The notes under the pieces: model-generated
What the model saw: the letters and a program-made list of their open reading frames with translations, nothing else
Told to the model about the DNA's origin: nothing
The model's database searches: none
NCBI RefSeq assembly: GCF_004010195.1
Contig: NC_057718.1
Coordinates: forward strand, 56,548,646-56,568,645
Reading direction: 5' to 3'
Source: Chiloscyllium plagiosum
Lineage: Eukaryota
DNA: 20,000 nucleotides
Program-made: the position numbers and the translations under genes
Part shown: positions 1 to 10,194 of the stretch, piece after piece
Numbering within the stretch: position 1 is the first letter of the stretch
How the letters are laid out: the number at the start of each line of letters is the position of its first letter

Positions 1-71
1 CCCAGAGACATTTGCCCGAGGCTGGCATCGAACCTGGGACCCTGGTGCTGGACCCTGAGCCACCAGGCCGC
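1..71 (-). mobile_element. HE1-type V-SINE, 5' (tRNA-derived) end, cut by the window edge
   Basis: Reverse complement reads gcggcctggtggctcag...cagcaccagggtcccaggttcgatgccagcctcggg, with A-box-like and B-box (GGTTCGATGCC) motifs matching the heads of the other SINE copies in the window. Confidence 0.8.
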
Positions 72-705
72 TGTTGGAGGTATGCTCATCTAGGCAAGTG
101 GGGAGCATTCCTTTACACTCTTGACTTGTTCCTTGTAGATGGTGAAAGGCTTTGACCTGCTCTTATAGAGACAGTATTTATAAGGCTAGCCCAGTTCAGT
201 TGTTTTGATTAAAAACACTCCAATGTTGTTGTACAGGATTCAGCCATGAAAAAGTCTTCGACTAACAAGGTATGATGCTTAGATATTCTTGTTTGAGATC
301 ATTATTGTCTGGCAATGGTGATAGGAATATTACTTGTCACTTGTCAGTACAAGTCTGGATATTTGTGGGCAGTATGGTGGCTCAATGGTTAGCGCTGCTG
401 CCTCACAGCGCCAGGGACCTGGGTTTGATTCCAGCCTCGGGTGACTGCCTGTGTGGAGTTTGCACATTCTCCCCATGTCTGCGTGGGTTTCCTCTGGGTG
501 CTCTGGTTTCCTCCCTCAGTCCAAAGATGTGTAGACCAGGTGAATTGGCCATGTTAAATTACCCATAGTGTTAGGTGCATTAGGCAGGGGGGGTGGGTTG
601 CTCTTCGGAGGGTCGGTGTGGACTTGTTGGGCCGAAGGGCCTGTTTCCATACGATAGGGAATCTAATCTATTTGAGCACAAATTGCTTCAATACCTGAGA
701 AGTCA
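72..705 (-). mobile_element. Old degenerate LINE (CR1/L2-group) RT C-terminal fragment, interrupted by the SINE at 367-670
   Basis: Minus strand atccagacttgtactgacaagtgacaagtaatattc resembles a decayed IQAWADKWQVTF motif. ctacaaggaacaagtcaagagtgtaaaggaatgc resembles IYKAQVRSVMEY. Many stops and indels. Confidence 0.6.
367..670 (+). mobile_element. HE1-type V-SINE, full length
   Basis: A box tggctcaatgg (378-388), B box ggtttgattcc (422-432), V-domain tgtgtggagtttgcacattctcccc...ggtttcctccc, LINE-derived tail gtggacttgttgggccgaagggcctgtttcc, and (aatct)n terminus. Confidence 0.93.
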
Positions 706-1120
706 ATTTAGAGCTGGAGGTTGGGTGAGTGGACAGTGTGATTGGATGTAATGGTGGGTCCATGTTTGTTTGGTCAAGTTGATTCAGTGAAAGTAAACTC
801 TCATAATCCACTTTCTTAATGTATACAGTTACTCGAAATCCATAGTGCCTGCTCCTTTTCCCAAGGTGGCCATCCTAATAATAACTGAATTGACTAATAG
901 CCAGGACAAAGCATATTACCACAATCTCAGAGATCCTGTTTGCCATTCCTGCAGCAAGCCCCCTGAACATTTTTGACAGTGGAAGCATAATTTCAGGAAG
1001 TTTACTGCATGCTCTACTAGGGTATGATTCACTTCATGGTTTTTATTGTAAGTCTACTTGAGTTGTAGGATAGCAGAAAGGAACCATAAGACATACGTTG
1101 TATGTAATTATGTCCCTCAG

Positions 1121-1153
1121 CATTCTCCAGCTTTTTTAGAAAGTCCAAAGATG
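1121..1153 (+). CDS. Candidate 33-nt symmetric micro-exon of an unidentified host gene
   Basis: tgtccctcag|...aaagatg|gtgagt in non-repeat DNA. Length is a multiple of 3 and two frames are open (FSSFFRKSKD or HSPAFLESPKM). Supported by splice-site pattern only. Confidence 0.3.
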
Positions 1154-1810
1154 GTGAGTTAGGACAGACTGGCGCAGAATGGGAAGCATCATGACTGCTG
1201 CTATGACAGCATGCATTCACGGAAATGAAAGTTTTGGTGCGGTCACACAACCATGTAATGCTAGCATTTGCAAATTTCTGTTTCTTCCCTCACTGAGATG
1301 GGTGACCTGTAGAACCATGTCATAGAGTCATAGAGATTATACAGAACGCAAACAGACCCTTCGGTCCAACTTGTCCATGCCCGCGAGATGTACTAAACTA
1401 ATCTACTCCCATTTGCCAGCATTTGGCCCATAGCCCCCTCAATCCTTCCTATTCATATACCCATCTAGATGCCCTGTAAATTTTGCATTGTACCAGCCTC
1501 CATCACTTACTTGGCAGCTCATTCCATATACCTACCACTTTCTGTGTGAAAAAGTTGTCCTTTTTAAATCTCTCCTCTCACCTTAAACCTTTGACATCTA
1601 GTTTTGGACTCACCCACCCCAGGGAAAGACTTTGTCTATTTACCTTATCCGTGCTTCTCATAATTTCATAAACTTCTATAAGGTCACCTGTCAGCCTCGG
1701 ACCCTGCTGGAAAAGTAGCCCCAGTCTATTCAGCGATGTCCCCGTAGCTCAAATCCTCCAACTCTGATAACATCCTTGTAAATCTTTTCTGAACCCTTTC
1801 AAGTTTCACA

Positions 1811-1994
1811 GTTAAAAATCATCCAACACCAGGTTATAATTCAACAGGTTTATTTGGAAACACAAGCTTTCGGAGGGCTGCTCCTTCATCAGGAGATCCA
1901 AAAGCTAGTGCTTCCAAACAAACCTGTTGGACTATAACCTGGTGTTGTGTGATTTTTAACTTTGTACACCCCAGTCCAACACCAGCACCTCCTA
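1811..1994. mobile_element. Short PLE-derived insertion (inverted pseudo-LTR arms) with a 13-bp TSD
   Basis: ttcaagtttcaca flanks it at 1798-1810 and 1995-2007. 1811-1870 and 1901-1960 are imperfect inverted repeats of about 60 bp. An HHR core lies in the spacer. Confidence 0.85.
1861..1893 (-). ncRNA. Minimal type I hammerhead ribozyme motif (PLE type), stem I probably lost
   Basis: Minus strand reads c-CTGATGA-a-GGAG-cagcc-CTCC-GAAA-gctt-gtg: conserved core boxes, a 4-bp stem II and a palindromic AGCT in place of stem III. Confidence 0.7.
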
Positions 1995-2633
1995 TTCAAG
2001 TTTCACAACATCCTTCCTATAGCAGGGAGACAGGAATTGCACACAATATTCCAATAGTGGCCCAACCAGTCTCCTGTACAGCCACAATATGACCTCCCAA
2101 CTTCTACATTCAATGCACTGACCAATAAAGACCAGCATACCAAATGCCTTCTTCACTATCCGATCTACCAGAGACTCCACTTTCAAGGAACTACGAACTT
2201 GCACTCCAAGGTCTCTGTGTTCAGCAACACTCCCCAGGATCTCAGTGTATAAATCCTGTACTGATCTGCCTTACCAAAACGCAGCAACTCAGATTTATCT
2301 AAATTAAACTCCATCTGCCACTGCTCAGCCCATTGGATCAAGATCCCATTATACTCTGAGGTAAACTTCTTCACTGTCCACTACACCAATGTTGGTGTCA
2401 TCTGCAAACTTACTAACCATATCTCCTATGTTCACATCCAAATCATTTATATAAAATGACAAAAGCAGTAGACTCAGCACCAATCCTGTGTACACTGCTG
2501 GTCACAGGCCTCCAATCTGAAAAACAACCCTCCACCAATCCCCTCTGTCTTCTACGTTTGAGCCAATTCCATATGCAAAATAGCTAGTTCTCCCTCTATT
2601 CCATATGATCTAATCTTGCTAACCAGTCTACCA

Positions 2634-3884
2634 GGAGAAAGTAAGGACTGCAGATGCTGGAGATCCAAGTAGAGAGTGTGGTGCCAAAAAAAAGAGGCGG
2701 CCCAGGACCTGCATGTCCTTGGTGGAGTGGGAGGGGGAGTTAAAGCGTTCAGCCATGGGGCAGTGGTGTTGGTTGGTGTGGGTGTCCCAGAGAAGTTCTC
2801 TGAAACAATCCACAAGTTGGCGTCCTGTCTCTCCGATGTAGACAAGACCACATCGGGTGCAACGGATGCAGTGGATGACATTAGTGGAGGTACAGGCAAA
2901 TCTCTGTCGGATGTGGAAGGATCCTTTGGGGCCTTGGACAGAGGTGAGGAAGGAGGTGCGGATGCAGTTTTTGCACTTCCTGCAGTGGCAGGGGAAGATG
3001 CCAGGAGTGGGGTGAGGGCTGGTGGGGGGAATGGATCTGACAAGAGAGTCATGGAGGTAATGGTTTCCCCAAAACACTGATGGGGAGGGAAATATATCCC
3101 TAGTGATGGGTCTGTTTGTAGGTGGCAGAAGCAGTGGACGATGATGCACTGTAAACGGAGGTTGGTAGAGTGGAGGAGAGGACCGGAGGGGTTCTGTCCT
3201 TGTTGCGTTGGGACAGTGGGGTTCAAGGGCAGAGGTGTGGGAAGTGGGGGAGATGTCCTGGAGGGTATCATCGACCACATAGGAGGCCATCTGGGATTTT
3301 CTGTGGTGGAACTGGTCATCCTGGGAACAGATGTGGCAGAGGCAGAGGAATTGGGAATAAGGGATGGTGTTTTTACAGGAAGCAGGGTGTGAAAAGGTTA
3401 GCTGTGAGAGCCCGTGGGTTTGTAGTAGATGTCCATGGTTACTCGGTTGCTGGAGATGGAGATGGAGAGGTCCAGGAAGCTTCCGAGATGGTCCAGGTGA
3501 ATTTGAGGTCATGGTGAAAGGTGATTGTGAAGTTGGCAAACTGTTCCACTTCCTCGTGGGAGCAGAAGGTAACGCCAATTCAGTCATCGATGTAGCGGAG
3601 GAAAAGGTGGGGGATAGTGCTGGTGTAGCTGCGGAAGATGGACTGTTCCACGTACCCGACAATGAGGCAGGCATAGCTGGGGCCCACGCGGGTGTCCATG
3701 GCTACGCCTTTGGCTTGGAGGAAGTGGGAGGATTGGAAGGAGAAGCTGTTAAGAATGAAGACTAGTTGAGCCAGGCAGATGAAGGTGTCAGTGGAAGGGT
3801 ATTGGTTGGGATGGTGAGAGAGGAAAAAATGGAGGGCTTGGAGGCCTTCGTCATGGTGGACAGATGTGTACAGGATAGGTGAGG
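2634..3884 (-). mobile_element. Penelope-like element (Neptune-like), 5'-truncated: RT C-terminal half, Cys linker and GIY-YIG endonuclease, frameshifted
   Basis: KGVAMDTRVGPSYACL and LFLRYIDD (RT), PCHCRKCKNC linker, NVIHCIRCTRCGLVYIGETGRQLVDCFREL (GIY-YIG). Terminal-repeat remnant at 2634-2685. 12-bp TSD accagtctacca (2622-2633) / accaatctacca (3885-3896), one mismatch. Confidence 0.93.
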
Positions 3885-4702
3885 ACCAATCTACCATGAG
3901 GAACTTTGTCAAAACACCTTATTCAAGTCCATCTAAATCACATCTATTGCTCTACCCTCATCAATGCTCTGTTACTTTTTAAAAACTCAATTAAGTTAGT
4001 GAGACACGATTTCCTGAGCAAAAGTTAGTTGAAAGCACCTTGCCTGCAAATTACTGAGTGACTGGAGTTCAAAGCCTTGTTTGCTTCTTTCTTGTTTGCA
4101 GAGTGATATGCAAATGTGTTGAGAGAACAAATGTTGCATTAGTCAGTCAAGCCGAGAAATTAGGACACTGCAATCTCATGTTTCCAGGATACCTGCATAG
4201 GTACAATTTTGTGCAGACCTCAGTATGAGCTGTGCAGAAGCCCACTGGTGGCCTTAAGATCCACTAGAAAAAGGCACTGGGCTTGCAGTAATGCTATGTA
4301 ACTGATTTTCACACCCAGAATGTTTTTAGATGAGCCTAATTGTCATCAACTATCAATTTTGCTTTTCTGCTTTATGATGTCCTGATTAAGTCAATTTGAC
4401 ACAGTCACTCCTTAAGGAGCATGCCAAGTAATGTTTTTTCCTGATCTGTAGGTTACAAAAGGATGAAATCACTGGAGATTTTCTTATGCATCTGCAATTT
4501 TCTTTTCTCTGTCAATTATGCTGGCCAAGACCAGGACAGTCATTTAGTGATATTTTCTTACTTGATCATCTTTTGATGAAAGCCATCATGCTGCTTGGAT
4601 ATAGTTTGCTTAAAAAAAAACTGGTTTCAAAAACACTGAAGATTTTTTCAGGTTTACGAAATTGTAAGTTTTATGGTATACCAGTTCTTTAATAATTTGC
4701 AG

Positions 4703-4808
4703 ACTTGTTGACTCTGTGGGGCTTTTGAGGCAAGAATCCACAATGCAAAATTTACTTGACAAATCCAATGTTCTTTCTGGTAAAAGACGATCAATCAATC
4801 CCAAGAAA
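4703..4808 (+). CDS. Candidate internal coding exon (106 nt) of an unidentified host gene
   Basis: ttctttaataatttgcag|acttgtt...cccaagaaa|gtgagc, with one open frame LVDSVGLLRQESTMQNLLDKSNVLSGKRRSINPKK, in non-repeat DNA. No homolog recognised. Confidence 0.35.
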
Positions 4809-5224
4809 GTGAGCTGCCCTGGCTTGCTTCAATCAGTTTGAATTTCAACTAAGCAGCAGACATCACTGGTCAAAATCATAAGTTGAAGAAATCTGAATTT
4901 AAAATTGTTGGTTAACTTGTATTAAGAGTCTCAAATTAAGCAATTCATTTCCAATGGAAGGTAGTTTGATTTAAATTGATAATTTTAAGTTGCTTTATTC
5001 AAAAGAATGATAATAGACTCAATTGGTTACACTTTATAATTGCATTAATATTTCTACTTTATACAATGTAATCAATATCATTCAAATTCATAAATTTGAA
5101 TAGGATAGGAATAGGAATTCTAAAAATTCTTTGACTGGATGACAGAAACTCAACTGAGTATCTGACTTCATAAAATAGAGATTTCCTGGTAATTGGCTCA
5201 CATTACTATTGATGAATACAATAG

Positions 5225-5285
5225 AATGGTGCAGATGGAATTTAACCCTGATAAATGTGAGGTGATGCACATGAAAAGGTTAAAA
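5225..5285 (+). mobile_element. Tiny CR1 ORF2 fragment
   Basis: cagatggaatttaaccctgataaatgtgaggtgatgcac encodes QMEFNPDKCEVMH, homologous to QMEFNLDKSE in the 1310-4024 LINE. Confidence 0.7.
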
Positions 5286-5286
5286 A

Positions 5287-6408
5287 TTTGTCTACTTCAA
5301 CCTTGAATATATTTAACAAAACAGCTTCGATAGCCCTCTGTGAGAAAGAATTCCACAGATTTACTATCCTGAGAGAAGAAATTCCTCCTCATCTTGGTCT
5401 TAAGTGCACAAGCCCTTATTCTGAAAAGATCCACTTTCCTTCAGGAATAATATCCTATCTTTCCATTTTACTAGGACCAGAGGTCTGCTGAGAGATATTA
5501 AATCTAAACAAAATCTTCCATCTTCTTATAGAATGAAGTAGATTGGTGTGGGATAGCTGGACTGGTAATGAGGTAAGATCACATGCCCTTTGGTCCTAGA
5601 CCTTCCCACAAGAAGAAATAATTAGATTACTTACAGTGTGGAAACAGGCCCTTCAGCCCAACAAGGTCCACACCGACCCGCCGAAGCACAACTCACCCAT
5701 TCCCCTACATTTACCTCTTTACCTAACACTACAGGCAATTTAGCACGGCCAATTCCCCTGACCTGGACATCTTTGGACTGTGGGAGGAAACCGGAGCACC
5801 CGGAGGAAACCCACGCAGACATGGGGAGAATGTGCAAACTCCACACAGACAGTCGCCTGAGTCGGGAATTGAACCCGGGTCTCTGGCGCTGTGAGGCAGC
5901 AGTGCTAACCACTATGCCACCGTGCCGCCCTATGTCTCTGCATCTACATGACCAAGCCCCCCAAGAATATTTAATATTTCAATAATTTCTCCTCTCATTC
6001 CCCTAAACTCCAATGAGTACAAGGTCAACTAACCCAACCTCTCCTCATAAGAGAGACTGCTCCATACCCAGACCCAACCTAGTGAATCTTCTCTGGATTG
6101 CTCCCAATGCAATTATGTATTTCCTTAGGTAAGAGGACCAAAACTATTTACAATAATAAAGATAGGGCCTGACTAGTGCCTGGCATTGTTTCAGCAATAT
6201 CGACCCATTTTTATATTCCACTCTTTTTGAAATAAACGTTAACATTCAATTTGCCTTCCCTCCTAACTGCTGATCTTGGATACTAGGTTTTTGTGATTCA
6301 TGTACAAGGACCCCAAATCCCTCTGTACTGTTCTGCAATCTTCTCCCATTTAAACAATATTCAGCTCTTTAATTCTTCCTGCCAAAGTACATAATCCCTC
6401 ACTTTCTC
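5287..6408 (-). mobile_element. Old CR1-clade LINE 3' region, interrupted by an insert of about 150 bp (5432-5580) and a SINE
   Basis: Typical CR1 antisense motifs aaagaattccacagatt...gagaagaaattcctcctcatc, cctagtgaatcttctctgga, ttccttaggtaagaggaccaaaact and tgtacaaggaccccaaatccctctg. Confidence 0.75.
5622..5930 (-). mobile_element. HE1-type V-SINE, full length, relatively young (CpGs retained)
   Basis: Minus strand starts gggcggcacggtggcatagtggttagcactgctgcctcacagcgcc, with B box ggttcaattcc, an intact V-domain, tail ttgggctgaagggcctgtttccacactgt and terminus aatctaat. Confidence 0.95.
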
Positions 6409-6436
6409 AAGGAAGTGAATTACTGTACTATGTTCA

Positions 6437-6785
6437 AAGAGGAACACAAGAACATAGGTCATTCAGCCAGTCAAACCTCTTCTGTAACTCAATTTGATTA
6501 TGGCTCAACATCTACCTCAAAGCAACTTTCTCAAACTATCTCCATATGCCTGGATGTCACTAGCATCCAGAATCTATTGATTTGCATTCGAAATATGCTC
6601 TTGTTTGAGGTTCCACAGCCCCCTGGAGTGAAGAAATTCAAAACATTTACCACACGCCAAGAGAAAAAATTCCTTTTCTTCTTAGTCTTATGGTCTACTG
6701 TTTATCATGCAACAAAATCCCATGGTTCTAAATTCAGCATCCATATGAACCATTTTTTCTTATTCAAGACGTCATGTCCTCCAAT
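6437..6785 (-). mobile_element. Highly degenerate CR1 3' end
   Basis: aagaacataggtcattcagcc...gattatggct, and gaagaaattcaaaacatttaccac...gagaaaaaattcct, parallel the other CR1 3' ends in the window. Confidence 0.55.
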
Positions 6786-7067
6786 GTACCTCGTTACAAC
6801 ATCTATGTAATTCACATTTCACATACGTATCTCTGTGGAGTATGTTTTTGATTGTACTAAAAGGAAAGAGATAATGATTTTTTTGTAGTTTTAAGTATAT
6901 GTTTCCTCGTACGGCAGTGTTTAGTCATTGGTCATCGGAGTTTTTTTTGTTCGAGTAAAAAGTCGTAAACCCTGAATTCTTGTTGTGCCACATTTCCAGC
7001 TATTAGCTACAAATGAGACTTTAGTCTTAAAAGTTATCAGTCCCTACATAGTTTGTAACAAATCGAG

Positions 7068-7257
7068 GCCTACCTCATATCCTTAAACTATGACCCCTGG
7101 TTCTGGACTCGCAGTCGTTGAGAACATACTTCCCAAGTTTACTTCCCCTGACTAATCCTCTTAGCATTTGATAGGTTTATATGAAATCCCTCTCATCTTT
7201 TTCCAAAATCCAGTGAATAAAACTCTAATCCAGTCTCTCTTCATATATCAGTCCTGC
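7068..7257 (-). mobile_element. Degenerate CR1 ORF2 3' fragment
   Basis: atccttaaactatgacccctggttctggactc...aggtttatatgaaatccctctcatctt...ctctcttcata, homologous to about 5585-6060. Confidence 0.6.
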
Positions 7258-8704
7258 TTTATACTTAATGCAACCTATAGACATGTTCATGTAGTCTCCA
7301 ACAGCTTGCACAATAAGCACAGGTCCTATTACACTTGTCATGCCATTATGGTGAATCTTGCAGGACTGGAAGGGCCATAGTGGAGGAAGTTGTGTGGTCA
7401 GAGACAAAAGTGGAGTTAAATGGTGAAGGTGGTGTGGGGGAAGGGGTGAGATTGAAGATCACACCATGGGAGCACAGATGAGAGAGGGAGCAATTGGAAA
7501 CACGGGTAGAAGACCGTGGCTTTCAGTATGTTCAAGGCCCTGAGGGCTGGAGGCACTTAAGTTAGACTCTGCGGCAACCAGGAAACACTTGGAATACAGC
7601 TGCTAGATCCAGTAGTCTATGGCACTAACTGCTAGGTTCCCAAACCCAGAAACCCCAGCTAGCTGCAGTTAAATTTAAAGTGGAGATTAAAATTGAGGCA
7701 CACATCCTCATTATAATATCTAATCTCAATTGGATATTGGATGCCTGTTAAAAACAAGGCATAGATTTTGTGTTTCAATTGACCCAAATCCATCCTTCTT
7801 GCAGATTAAAATTTCTTAAAACAGTGAATCATAATTAAATCCTCCATTTTCTTTATAGAAGAGCGTTTGTGATGTAGGGTTGCTCTGATGATATTGTGAC
7901 ACGATCATTTAAACCACTTTGTCCCTTCTTTGTGATTGCTATATCAATTGATTCCTTATTTCTTCCCTTCCTTCCAACTTGCCTCTCAACTTTCGCATTT
8001 TACAAATATGTTGCTTATATTCAGTTTTTTAGTTCTAATGAAGGATTGCACACTAATCTATTCAAACCTAATATTTTACTTCATAAATTAGTGACACATC
8101 TGTGCATTTTCAACCATTTCGATTTTATTTTAAATTTACAATTGTAGTCTTGTGCCACTACTTAGATAATTAGTATTACTATTTGACATGCACCAATTTA
8201 ATAACCAATATAATCTTCAAATATCAACATTTTAATTAAAATATATTAATATTCTTAAGGAAAAGATTACCTGGGGTAAAACTAAGCAGGGAAATAGGTT
8301 TAATAGGCAACTAGATATATTACTGGATTGAATGTTTATATAATCATTTTGCACAAAATCACAAATCCATTCTTTAGAAGGATTGATTTACAGTTAGCAC
8401 ACACAGGAAACATTCGCCCACTAACATCCAGTGAGAGAGATATGGCAGTCTAGTCAAGTTTCACAGAGAGATGCACACAGAATCCTACCCACCAATGTTC
8501 CAGGCTCCTCAATGACCATCCTTTTGTAGGTCCCTGTCCCACTAGCACGTCAGACCACAAGAAGTTGCACCAGCATAGTATAAGACAAAACTGCCCTTTA
8601 AATCTTTAACATTGACTTCAGATTCAATTATGTCTCACTGCATCAGGTCAACTCTTACTAATCACGTAATATGGCTTGGTTGGTGAATTAATGTTCCCCC
8701 TTTC

Positions 8705-9175
8705 TAACCACCACTTGTGAAAAAGCACAAAGGTAAAAAAGACATAAATGTACTCTGGGTAGGGATTTTCAACAGTTACAACCAAGAGTAGCTCTTTAAC
8801 ACGATTGACAATGCTAGCTAAGTGATGGAGCTTCATTGTCAGCTTGGGCTTACAGCAAGTCGTGAGTAAACCAATACAAAGGAAAAAACGTACTGAACCT
8901 CATCCTCACCCATTTAGCTACGGTAGTAACAGTAATTGCAAAAGTGGCCACCATAATCTTTGTGGAGACCAGGTTCTGTCTTCACATTGATGATTCACTT
9001 TATGCTGTGTGCGGCATTACCACAATGCTAAATGGGATAGATTCAGAACTGATCAAAGAGCTCACATTAGAAACATCTGATGTAGTACAATTGGATTCTA
9101 TCACAGTTTGTAACCCCATTACTCAGCAGATCTTTCCTTGTACACTTAAACGCAAGGTGACCAACCTTGGTTCAA
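8705..9175 (+). mobile_element. Old LINE fragment encoding the C-terminal part of an APE endonuclease
   Basis: Decayed motifs: aatgtactctgggtagggattttcaac (NVLWVGDFN-like), ccaatacaaaggaaaaaacgtactgaacctcatcctcacc (PTRGKNxLDLILT-like), agtggccacc (SDH-like), gctaaatgggatagattcagaact (AKWDRFRT), caaccttggttcaa (QPWF). Confidence 0.7.
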
Positions 9176-9560
9176 GATTATTTAGAAAGATTAGGAAGTA
9201 GGCCATTCAGCCCTTTGTCATGTTCCAATACCATTCTGTAGTTGTCTTCTGATCTATGTACATACTTGCTTCCCTCTTATATTTCTGAAACATCTTAGTT
9301 AGCAAGAATATAGTAATCCCAGATATAAAATTAATTGACTGAGCATCAACTCCACTTGTCAGAAGAATGTTGCAAATTTGTCTCCTTTTCAGTGAAGATG
9401 ATTTTCATAATTGCTGATAGATTTGTCTTCTTTTTAATTATAATGCTTAGCCTCCCCCAACTAGCAGAAATACTCTCTCCCAATCTGTTTCCTTTAATAT
9501 ATTGAAAAATTAAGCAAGCCACCCGTTGCCTTTGAAATTCAAAAGAACACAATCTTAAAT
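9176..9560 (-). mobile_element. Highly degenerate CR1 3' end
   Basis: ggaagtaggccattcagccc at the tail, then ctgatct, gaagaatgttgcaaattt and tctgttcctttaatatattgaaaa. Confidence 0.55.
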
Positions 9561-9566
9561 TTCTGT

Positions 9567-9682
9567 AATAAAAACTGAAACTGCTGGGAAAACTCATGTG
9601 GTCCAGCAGCATCTGTAGACAGAGAGAAAAATAATTAAATGTTTTGCATTGAATATGAGTTGATTCAGTTCTAAAGAAGTAC
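9567..9682 (-). mobile_element. Degenerate PLE terminal-repeat fragment
   Basis: aaaactgaaactgctgggaaaactcatgtggtccagcagcatctgtagacagagag resembles gtgctggaaaagcacagcagttcaggcagcatctgaggag at 15622-15662. Confidence 0.55.
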
Positions 9683-9699
9683 CCTGAAAAGGCTAGGAA

Positions 9700-9846
9700 T
9701 ATTGAATAAATTTAGATTATTGAAAAGCCAGGGGCTAAAAAGGTAATGGGGGTAAATGGGAATGAGGAACAAATCAGGTCAGCAATGCACTTAGAATGGC
9801 TCAAAGGGCTGAATGGCCTAACCAGTCCCCAATTTTGTGTATTTTG
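9700..9846 (+). mobile_element. Degenerate CR1 3' end
   Basis: atcaggtcagcaatg...gaatggctcaaagggctgaatggcctaacc, the CR1 3' stem-loop region also seen in the SINE tails. Confidence 0.6.
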
Positions 9847-10194
9847 ATTCCAGATTCCTAGCATCTTACTTATAATCTTAGATTCTAAAAAAGTTCCCTT
9901 ATAATTTAACCCTTGGAGTCGAAGTATCATGTTAGTAACTCTACGCTGCTGTCTAAGGCCTTATATCTTTTAAAAAGTGTGTTAGGTTGTATAGGCATTC
10001 AGAGAAATGGCAACACCTTCAACCAAAATCAACTTGCTGTAGAATCAGAACTCTTTTCTCATATTATAAATGCTGATTTTCCCCTTTAATTGATATTCTG
10101 GCAAATTGTCCTGATGAGTACAAAATGGTAAGCTTAGTCAAAATGTGGATTTTTTTTCAGCAATATTAAAGATTGTAAGCTTTTTCCTTTACAC

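Larger units (their letters stand above)
1310..4024 (-). mobile_element. CR1-clade (HER1-like) LINE, 5'-truncated 3' part, split into 1310-1810, 1995-2633 and 3885-4024 by two PLE insertions
   Basis: Minus strand gives the 3' tail repeat (catagag on +), LEYCVQFLSPCYRKDVVKLE, QWAEQWQMEFNLDKSE, SKFADDT (about 2392-2415), YINDLD and a KAFDKVPHGRL-like motif (about 3890-3930). Frameshifted. Confidence 0.9.

Noticed and set aside
2676..3765. Several + strand ORFs of 83-134 aa
   Set aside because: Antisense shadows of the GC-rich Penelope ORF on the minus strand.
4452..4692. 68-aa ORF or exon ending at gtaagt (4664)
   Set aside because: It would leave only a 39-nt intron before the 4703 acceptor, and the peptide composition is typical of random AT-rich DNA.
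4703..4808. GKRR in the candidate exon as a neuropeptide amidation/cleavage site
   Set aside because: No signal-peptide exon or recognisable mature peptide is visible, and basic clusters are common by chance.
7330..7630. Purine-rich stretch resembling an old LINE antisense strand
   Set aside because: No diagnostic protein motif could be recovered, so it is left unassigned.
8143..8611. Possible second, old solo LTR (tgtagt…ttaaca)
   Set aside because: No matching TSD and no convincing poly(A) or TATA arrangement, so it cannot be supported by eye.
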